From Gemmatimonadota bacterium (GTDB lineage: Bacteria > Gemmatimonadota > Gemmatimonadetes > Gemmatimonadales > GWC2-71-9): a stretch of DNA of 15,673 nt. A program made the position numbers and the translations under genes. The notes under the pieces are model-generated. The model ran no database searches. It was not told the origin of the DNA and saw only the letters and a program-made list of their open reading frames with translations. Every line of letters begins with the position of its first letter. Within the stretch, counting starts at the first letter, position 1. The stretch is from contig JBDHKN010000116.1 of the NCBI GenBank assembly GCA_039586365.1, positions 1 through 15,673 of the forward strand. Direction: 5' to 3'. This document shows positions 1 through 6,060 of this stretch, piece after piece.

Positions 1-2
1 CC

Positions 3-173
3 GTCTATCGCCGCCTGGTCGAACACTACAAGACCTTCGTGATTCCCGGTCGCTGTTTCGAGCTGGACAACCACTTTTTCCGCTTGGGTTACGGAGGGAC
101 AGCAGAGGAACTGCGGCAGGGCCTCGAGCGCATCGGTAGAGCGTTGGATGAAGCACGGGAGGGAAGAATGTAG
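3..173 (+). CDS. 3' end of a PLP-dependent aminotransferase (class I/II-like), truncated by the window edge
   Basis: Not in the ORF track. The frame from position 3 reads VYRRLVEHYKTFVIPGRCFELDNHFFRLGYGGTAEELRQGLERIGRALDEAREGRM* (TAG 171-173). The 'vPG..F.....fRlgyg....L..gL.ri' pattern is typical of fold-type I aminotransferase C-termini. Confidence 0.75.
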   Translation, partial: VYRRLVEHYKTFVIPGRCFELDNHFFRLGYGGTAEELRQGLERIGRALDEAREGRM

Positions 174-399
174 AACGATACCGCGGGCCTTCACAGCCCC
201 GGCGGCGACGGGACAGACACATACGTTCTAGCCGGACTTTGTTGAGGACCCTACCTTAGCGCAGCCCCGGCCGACGCCATCGTGATGACCGGCGTTCTGG
301 ACGAAGCCGTCGGCTCTTGAGGCGCCTCGGTCGCGAGAGCCGGCCAGACGCTTTCGATTGTTCCGTTGGGTGCACTAGCTACGAAAGGGAGATCGTCCG

Positions 400-2343
400 A
401 TGCGCGACAAGAAGACCGCGTTCGTCACCGCGCTGGTCGCCGGCATTGCCGTTGTGTCCATCGCCGGGGTCCTCGCCCAGGAGCAGGAGCAGGAGCAGGA
501 GCAGAAGCAGAAGCAGAAGCAGGACATGGGCGCTCCCATCGGGCTTATCGAGCCGTTCAACAGCTACGTCACCGTCTACGACGAGAACAACGTCGAGCCG
601 ATGCGGCCCGACATCTTCGGGACCCACGGCGTCGTCGCGACCGGCAACTACGCGGCCACGCTCATCGGGATCGAGGAGTTCAAGCAGGGCGGCAACGCGT
701 TCGACGTCGGAGTAGCCGCGGCCATGGCCGTCAAGGCGACCACTTTCGATATTGCCGGCTGGTCGGGTGTCGCCCCGTTGATCCTGTATAGCGCCGAGGA
801 GGACCGCGTCATCACCCGCGTCGGTGCGGGCACCGCGCCCGCCGCGGCCACATTGGAGAACTACATCGCGCATGGAAAGGACCCGGCGCACTCGGCGATC
901 GTTCCGGCCGACGTCGACGTGTGGCTCGCCGCCCTCGACCGGTACGGGACCAAGAGCTTCGCAGAGGTCGCTCAGTACACGCTCGACATCGCCGAGAACG
1001 GTTTCCACCTGCACCACCGACTCAAGTACTCGATGGACCGCGGACAAGAGAGCGTCAAACGCTGGTCCTACAACGCCGAGTACTGGTTGCAGAACGGCGA
1101 GGGCAGGCAGCGACTCGGCAGTCTCATCGTCAACAGAGACCTTGGCAAGCTCATCCGCTACATGATCGAGGCCGAACAGCAAACGTTGGCGGGCGGCGGA
1201 ACGCGCTCCGAAGGCATCCAGGCGGCGCGCGACGCCTTCTACAAGGGCGAACCGGCCCACGCCGTCGACAGGTTCTTCGCCGAACACGTAGACGGCCAGA
1301 TGACCTACGAGGACATGGCAGGCTACGAGGGCGCGTGGGACGAGCCGCTGCACACGACCTATCGTGGCTACGACGTCTATACCGCCGACGCCTGGTCGCA
1401 GGGCCCACGGCTGATCCTGATGCTCAATATGCTCGAGAATTACGACCTGCAGGCGTTGGGCTACAACACCCCGGAGTATATCCACCTGATCTCGCAGGTC
1501 ATCAACCTGGCAATGTCCGACAGTCACAAGTACCTGGGAGATCCGGATTTCGTGGACATTCCCGAGGAGCTCTACTCGAAGGAATACGCCAAAGAGAGAA
1601 TCACGCTCATCGACATGGAGAGCGCGTTTCAGGACATGCCCCCCTGGGGCGACCCGGAGAACATGAGGGCCTTGCACCCGAACTCCCCGACCGTCTTCAC
1701 CAGCACGAGCCGGCCGCCGTCTTCGGGCGGCGTCGACCCCATGCTCGAGCAGAACACGTTCGATACGAGCTGCCTGAACGTCATGGACGCCCAAGGGAAC
1801 GTGTTCTCGATGACCGAGAGCGACGGGCATCTGGCGACGCCGCTGATCCCGGGCTGGGGGTTCGGCCTCAGCAACCGCGGAGGGCAGTTCAACCTCGACC
1901 CGAGTCTCGCCAACGTCGTGGGTCCCGGCAAGCGGCCGCGCAACACCAACACGCCGTTCATTATCATGAAGGATGGCAAGCCATTCTTGGGCTTGTCGCT
2001 GGCCGGCGGAGACCTGCAGGCGCAGGCGCTGATGCAGATCTTCTTCAACATCGTCGAGTGGGGGATGACTCCCCAGCAGGCGATGGATCATCCGCGGCTC
2101 GGAAGCTACAACTTCCCGGGAACCGGTAATGAGATCAACACGGGCCCGGGTCGCCTGAACCTCGAGGGGCGCATCCCTGCCGCAACGTTTGCGGCGCTCG
2201 AGCGTCTCGGCCACACGGTCGGTAACTGGGGCCTGTGGAGCTACGCTTCGGGCGACGGCACGATCACGTATCGGGATCCCGCGACGGGGTTCCTCATGGC
2301 CGCCGCCGATCCGCGTCGGGAGATGTTCGCACTCGGGTATTGA
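400..2343 (+). CDS. ggt: Gamma-glutamyltransferase-family Ntn hydrolase with N-terminal signal peptide (647 aa)
   Basis: Motifs GGNAFDVGVAAA, YKG, YRGYDVY, SQG, the autocleavage/nucleophile region DTSCLNVMDAQGNVFSMT, PGKRP, the oxyanion GG in LAGGDLQAQ and the terminal AADPRR. Signal peptide MRDKKTAFVTALVAGIAVVSIAGVLA/Q. Purine-rich SD at ~383-391. Strong GC3 bias. Confidence 0.92.
   Translation: MRDKKTAFVTALVAGIAVVSIAGVLAQEQEQEQEQKQKQKQDMGAPIGLIEPFNSYVTVYDENNVEPMRPDIFGTHGVVATGNYAATLIGIEEFKQGGNAFDVGVAAAMAVKATTFDIAGWSGVAPLILYSAEEDRVITRVGAGTAPAAATLENYIAHGKDPAHSAIVPADVDVWLAALDRYGTKSFAEVAQYTLDIAENGFHLHHRLKYSMDRGQESVKRWSYNAEYWLQNGEGRQRLGSLIVNRDLGKLIRYMIEAEQQTLAGGGTRSEGIQAARDAFYKGEPAHAVDRFFAEHVDGQMTYEDMAGYEGAWDEPLHTTYRGYDVYTADAWSQGPRLILMLNMLENYDLQALGYNTPEYIHLISQVINLAMSDSHKYLGDPDFVDIPEELYSKEYAKERITLIDMESAFQDMPPWGDPENMRALHPNSPTVFTSTSRPPSSGGVDPMLEQNTFDTSCLNVMDAQGNVFSMTESDGHLATPLIPGWGFGLSNRGGQFNLDPSLANVVGPGKRPRNTNTPFIIMKDGKPFLGLSLAGGDLQAQALMQIFFNIVEWGMTPQQAMDHPRLGSYNFPGTGNEINTGPGRLNLEGRIPAATFAALERLGHTVGNWGLWSYASGDGTITYRDPATGFLMAAADPRREMFALGY
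478..525 (+). repeat. In-frame hexanucleotide tandem repeat (CAGGAG)4(CAGAAG)3CAGGAC encoding QEQEQEQEQKQKQKQD
   Basis: Read directly from the sequence, immediately after the predicted signal-peptide cleavage site. Confidence 0.95.
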
Positions 2344-2400
2344 CCCGCCGCCTCGACTGCAGAGTTGGACCGGCGGGAGAATCAGACAATACGGTCCGTC

Positions 2401-2420
2401 GCAGGCGGAGAACCGCCTGT
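2401..2420 (+). terminator. Stem-loop downstream of ggt (possible terminator or 3' stabiliser)
   Basis: GCAGGCGG-AGAA-CCGCCTGT. There is no U-tract, so function is uncertain. A second hairpin CCCGCCG/CGGCGGG lies at ~2344-2377. Confidence 0.35.
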
Positions 2421-2609
2421 AGGGGGCTATGAATCCTGCGCATCCCGCATTTCCCGGTAGCGGTCTCGTACACCAGTTCCCAAACAAAATCCCACGGCGG
2501 ACCGTAGGGTCGAGTATCGATGATTGTTACCTGTGCCGACTCTCAAACCGCCGAACCGAGCTGTTCTCGCGAGCTGCGGAATGACAGCGGCTGAATCCGA
2601 GGAGGAATC

Positions 2610-3050
2610 ATGCAGACAAAGCACCGAGCGTTACTAGCAGCACTACCTCTCGGGGCGCTGGGTTTGATGGCGTTTGCCATTCAGCAAGAGGGCGACGATA
2701 CCGAAGCCATCCGCCACGCCGTGCAGTTCTACATCGATGGCCACGCCACCGGTCAGCGTCAAATCATGGAGCAGGCGTTTCACCCGAGCGCCCGGCTCCA
2801 GTCCATCAGCAACGGCGAGGTCGCAATCCGCCCGATCGAGCAGTATCTGAGTGGCATGCAGGGGCAGCCTGCCTCCGACGAGAGCGAACGCAAGCGCAAG
2901 ATCGCGTCGATCGACTATCACGGGAGCGCAGCCATCGCCAGAGTGGAGCTAGACTATCCGAGTGTCACCTTTGTGGATTACATGCAGCTCCTGAAGGTCG
3001 GCGACGAATGGAAGATTGTGAACAAGATCTACCATATGGATAGGAAGTAG
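2610..3050 (+). CDS. Exported NTF2-fold protein (putative lumazine-binding / Lumazine_bd_2-like)
   Basis: Pattern AIRHAVQFYIDG...AFHPSARL...IASIDYHGSAAIARVEL...FVDYMQLLKVGDEWKIVNKIY. Hydrophobic N-terminal signal. SD GAGGAGGA just upstream. Confidence 0.88.
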   Translation: MQTKHRALLAALPLGALGLMAFAIQQEGDDTEAIRHAVQFYIDGHATGQRQIMEQAFHPSARLQSISNGEVAIRPIEQYLSGMQGQPASDESERKRKIASIDYHGSAAIARVELDYPSVTFVDYMQLLKVGDEWKIVNKIYHMDRK

Positions 3051-3148
3051 CGGAGGTACAAAGCAACGGACGATGGTGTGCGCCGTTTGCCGACGGCAAA
3101 AAACTGTCGCACGAAGTGCCGCAATGGATAGTCAACCATCTGAGCTGG

Positions 3149-3175
3149 GGCCGAGCCGCTTGGCTCGGCCTTCTT
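3149..3175 (+). terminator. Probable intrinsic terminator
   Basis: Perfect 9-bp stem GGCCGAGCC-GCTT-GGCTCGGCC followed by TTCTT. Confidence 0.6.
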
Positions 3176-3224
3176 GCTGGCTCAGCGACGACGCGAGACT
3201 GCCCACGTACTTATCATGCGATCC

Positions 3225-3377
3225 ATGAGCACGAACTCACCTAAGGCAATAGGCGTGGTACTGGCAGTTGCCGGGGCCGCATTAGCTCTCTGGCTCAGAC
3301 AGCCGGGTTGGGTGTTTCTAGTCGTGGCTGGGATAGTCGTCTACCACGGTGGCAGGTTGCCGAAGCCCCACAACTAG
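3225..3377 (+). CDS. Small hypothetical membrane protein (~50 aa, two hydrophobic segments)
   Basis: MSTNSPKAIGVVLAVAGAALALWLRQPGWVFLVVAGIVVYHGGRLPKPHN. No SD, but TATCAT (3212-3217) lies 7 nt before the ATG, so it may be leaderless. An alternative ATG is at 3216. Confidence 0.5.
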   Translation: MSTNSPKAIGVVLAVAGAALALWLRQPGWVFLVVAGIVVYHGGRLPKPHN

Positions 3378-3409
3378 CCAGTTGCCGACCACTCGGCGCG
3401 TGCTTTTCG

Positions 3410-3937
3410 TCAGAACCGCACCGACGCCGCGAGGCCGAACCGCCCCCGAGCGGAGGCGATAGGTGTAACGCGGAGCGGTTCGAGTGGCACCGTCTGCCAG
3501 CGGTCGCGGGGGAGCAGACCCACCACGAGGCCCGCGACAAAACCCACTCCTCCACCCAAGACCGCTCCAACAGCCGGTGCAAGCCCCTCCAACTCATAAT
3601 CGCACGGCGCACAGGTGGAGTAGCCCACCAGGCCTCCGGCTACACCGCCGACCAGGAGCCCCACAACCGGGAAACCCAACGCCCTAGCTGCACTGACCTT
3701 GCGACCTGCATGAAGTTCGAGTCTGGCTACGGATGCGAGTGGGCAGTTGGTCGCGCCCAGAACCAACATGCCACCGCCCAACGCCTCGAACGTTGCAGCC
3801 TGTTTTTCAAACCCGCAGTCAGGAGCCGTAATCCGCACCCGTGCACCGAGTTCGAGCGGTAGTGGCGCTTGAGCTGAAAGGCTAGCCATAGGAACTAGCA
3901 GATGGACCGACAAGAGAGAGGCGAAGATGTTACGCAT
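3410..3937 (-). CDS. Hypothetical exported/membrane protein: signal peptide, small beta domain, glycine-zipper helical hairpin, C-terminal beta hairpin
   Basis: SD AGGAG before the ATG. Signal ending ...ASLSA/Q. GARVRIT...PLASVARLEL beta domain. Two GxxxG-rich hydrophobic helices flanking CAPC. Ends RFGLAASVRF. Confidence 0.8.
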   Translation of the reverse strand: MRNIFASLLSVHLLVPMASLSAQAPLPLELGARVRITAPDCGFEKQAATFEALGGGMLVLGATNCPLASVARLELHAGRKVSAARALGFPVVGLLVGGVAGGLVGYSTCAPCDYELEGLAPAVGAVLGGGVGFVAGLVVGLLPRDRWQTVPLEPLRVTPIASARGRFGLAASVRF

Positions 3938-4144
3938 GGTTGTCTCCTAGCGGCGGCTGCAAGCTCATTCTGCCAGTGCCAGGTCAAGCGAGCATCAAGA
4001 GAGCTAGCCCTCTCCTAGAGCCTGAGTCCCGGCACACCAATGGCCAGGCTTCGTACTGGGGCGTATTGTAGGATGTAGCGTGACCATAGCATGGGACGGC
4101 CAGGCGATTGTATGCCCGCACAGCGGTTGATGGACATCAGTGAT

Positions 4145-4221
4145 GCCTAACTGCCGTATCGAATCGTCTGGGTTGCCAGGTGGCCCGCCCGCGAAACATT
4201 GGTGCCGGTCCGATGTTGGGA
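4145..4221 (+). repeat. Degenerate attC-like imperfect inverted repeat
   Basis: GCCTAAC (RYYYAAC), 5 nt, TATCGAAT ... ATTGGTG, 10 nt, GTTGGGA. It ends 25 nt before the dppA-like ATG. The right spacer is longer than canonical. Confidence 0.3.
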
Positions 4222-4246
4222 CCTCCTCAAGAGATGGGAGATCAAG

Positions 4247-5122
4247 ATGAGAAAAGCGACCATTGCACTGTTCTTGTTGTCACTAGTCGGTCCTGCGGCT
4301 TACGCACAGTCGGGAGACGGTCTCAAGGTCTTCATTTCGGTTGACATGGAGGGGATAGCCGGTCTGGTGAATCCAGAGGAGACGAGCCGGTCCGGACAGG
4401 ATTACAGCTACTTCAGGACGGTGATGACTAAGGAAACGAATGCGGCGATCGAGGGCGCGCTTGCGGCTGGCGCGACCGACATAGTGGTGCGCGATGCGCA
4501 CGGCTCGGGGCGAAACATCCTGCCGGAGTTGCTGGACCGGAACGCGCGCCTGCTGCGTGACTGGTCGGGTGGTCCGATGGGTATGATGGAAGGGATCGAT
4601 GACACGTTCGACGCCGTGATCTTTGTTGGCTATCATGCCAGAGCCGGCACTCCTGACGGGGTGATCGACCATACGTGGAGTGGGGGCGTCACGGATGTCT
4701 CAGTTAATGGCGTGTCTTTGCCGGAGGCGGGCTTCAATGCCTTGATTGCCGGCCACCATGACGTGCCGGTCGCGTTAGTGGCAGGTGACCGGGCCGTATG
4801 CGAGCAAGTGGAGGCGCTGTTTGGTGAGGTTGAGACGGTTGCGGTGAAGGAAGGGATCGGCGCTGCCGCTTTGAGTCTGCATCCGGAGGTGGCGCGTGAG
4901 AGGATCCGTGCTGGTGTGGAGCATGCGCTCCGCAACCTGAGCAGCTACACCCCCTACAAGTTAGACCCGCCCTACACGCTGGTACTCAAACTGAAGAGCG
5001 AGGCAGCCGTGCATAACGGGTCTTTCTATCCGGGTGCAACGCGAACCGGAGACTGGGAGCTGTCGTATACCGGTGATGACGTCATGGCCGTTATGCTGGC
5101 CTTCTTTTGGATGATGCAATGA
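4247..5122 (+). CDS. dppA: M55 family D-aminopeptidase (DppA-like) with signal peptide (291 aa)
   Basis: KVFISVDMEG (DxE), DAHG, GYHA, DHT, PEAG and VAGD motifs match the DppA dizinc-site pattern. Start moved to ATG 4247 because of SD GGGAG at 4236-4240 and signal peptide MRKATIALFLLSLVGPAAYA/Q. Confidence 0.92.
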   Translation: MRKATIALFLLSLVGPAAYAQSGDGLKVFISVDMEGIAGLVNPEETSRSGQDYSYFRTVMTKETNAAIEGALAAGATDIVVRDAHGSGRNILPELLDRNARLLRDWSGGPMGMMEGIDDTFDAVIFVGYHARAGTPDGVIDHTWSGGVTDVSVNGVSLPEAGFNALIAGHHDVPVALVAGDRAVCEQVEALFGEVETVAVKEGIGAAALSLHPEVARERIRAGVEHALRNLSSYTPYKLDPPYTLVLKLKSEAAVHNGSFYPGATRTGDWELSYTGDDVMAVMLAFFWMMQ

Positions 5123-5283
5123 AGCTGGTGTAGGGAGGGCCGTTGAGGTATCCGCGACCGTTGCCGGATTGCCGGCGCAGTTCAGGGTACCGGGAGCCGA
5201 GTACGACGTAATCGTCTGCGGATAATGGCCACGAGGGGAACGCTGCCGCCCGAACGTCTGCACCGAACGGGGGGCGGCGAAGC

Positions 5284-5509
5284 AGGACGCAACCTGCGCA
5301 ACAACCACATCAATTCCACGTTGCGATGCGTCTCCTGCTCTAACTTGCGACTGGAACGAATCCGGTACAGGTACCCGTACACATACAGCCGCAACAGATC
5401 ACCCGGGCGCGTCGATGAACCGCACCGGGTTATCCTCACCCACGTAATCGTCCAATACCTCCGGGGAAAGCACCTGCTGGTCTCGGTCTGAACACTCTAT
5501 GTAGTGCAT
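5284..5509 (-). pseudogene. IS1182 transposase N-terminal fragment (DUF772-like), internally deleted, frameshifted and truncated
   Basis: ATG 5509 gives MHYIECSDRDQQVLSPEVLDDYVGEDNPVRFIDA. After a frame change near 5408 it continues PGDLLRLYVYGYLYRIRSSRKLEQETHRNVELMWLLRRLRP, where similarity ends. Confidence 0.88.
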
Positions 5510-5580
5510 AGTATCAAGCCCCCGTCAGCCAACCTGACGGGCACATCACACAACCAACGAGAGAGTTTTCACACAGTCTC
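5284..5580 (-). mobile_element. IS1182-family insertion sequence remnant (left end only)
   Basis: Terminal sequence GAGACTGTGTGAAAACTCTC (5580-5561) resembles IS1182-family IRs and is followed by a transposase 5' fragment. Hairpin CCCGTCAG/CTGACGGG at 5521-5541. No partner IR seen in the window. Confidence 0.8.
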
Positions 5581-5584
5581 GGCA

Positions 5585-5598
5585 GCCCGGGGATTTCG
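5585..5598 (+). repeat. Dispersed motif GCCCGGGGATTTCG, copy 1
   Basis: Identical 14-mer at 8178-8191. Variants at 8260-8275 (+), 8895-8906 (-) and 2485-2497 (-). Confidence 0.6.
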
Positions 5599-5719
5599 AC
5601 GCAACAGCTTTTGTCTCCTCGACTAGGTCCGGAAGAATGAGCCGGCTGACACCATTTCTCCTCAATCCATTCCCCATTGCAGAGCCCAAGTCCAAGGCCC
5701 TTGAATGGTTACGAGATGC

Positions 5720-5737
5720 TTGTGAACGTTATCACAA
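5720..5737. promoter_or_regulatory. Palindromic operator matching CRP-family (TGTGA-N6-TCACA) and Rex (TTGTGAA-N4-TTCACAA, 1 mismatch) consensus
   Basis: TTGTGAACGTTATCACAA, intergenic and AT-rich in a GC-rich background. Confidence 0.65.
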
Positions 5738-5778
5738 AGTTCCCCGGCTTAGACTTGCCGATTCGCAGAATGTTCGCC

Positions 5779-5807
5779 TTGCACAAGCCCGCCGAGATTC
5801 CCATATT
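5779..5807 (+). promoter_or_regulatory. Putative sigma70-type promoter
   Basis: TTGCAC-N17-CATATT, pointing toward the FAD oxidase gene. Confidence 0.5.
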
Positions 5808-5828
5808 GGCCGGTCGCCCTTAGAGTCA

Positions 5829-5985
5829 CCAGTGAACTACAGACCTACGCCGTCAAACTGAGGCCCTCCGCATCAGGTAGCCCACCCGACGTCTAGGCAG
5901 GATGTTCATTGGCATTGGTTAGCTCCTCTCCATCATGGAGAGTGTGTCGACCCGCGCGAGCGTAGGTAATGCGTCGACGGGAGCT
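5829..5985 (+). ncRNA. Candidate structured 5' leader or ncRNA of unknown class
   Basis: Nested complementary segments 5829-37/5904-12, 5921-26/5980-85, 5927-32/5936-41 and 5946-51/5973-78, plus a cross-pairing 5843-50/5960-67. Confidence 0.3.
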
Positions 5986-6060
5986 TTGCGTTTGGTGTTC
6001 CTGAAACGGGTATTTCGCCGCCCAAGGGGCTTCGAAGAATAATTGCCAAGGAGGTATCTC

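Noticed and set aside
171..399. Several hairpins and a CAGCCCCGGC direct repeat upstream of ggt (riboswitch?)
   Set aside because: Short GC-rich stems are expected by chance and no aptamer core was recognised.
921..2129. 402-aa Arg-rich alternate-frame ORF and similar overlapping ORFs throughout the track
   Set aside because: Typical off-frame ORFs of GC-rich genes, with Arg/Pro/Ser-rich composition and no family signal.
379..2487. 702-aa minus-strand ORF
   Set aside because: Antisense shadow of the high-GC3 ggt gene. Its poly-Leu run is the reverse of the QE/QK repeat and it has no recognisable motifs.
3069..3125. GACGATGGTGTGCGCC resembles the 5' part of a fluoride riboswitch; GGCAAA recalls c-di-GMP-I
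   Set aside because: The required downstream conserved elements are missing, and the position is 3' of a gene, ahead of a terminator.
3994..4040. ATCAAGAGAG resembles the start of a SAM-I riboswitch
   Set aside because: No following GAGGGA..GGCCC, GCAACC or GGTGC elements.
5637..5861. 74-aa ORF
   Set aside because: Overlaps the operator and promoter elements, lacks codon bias and has no recognisable features.
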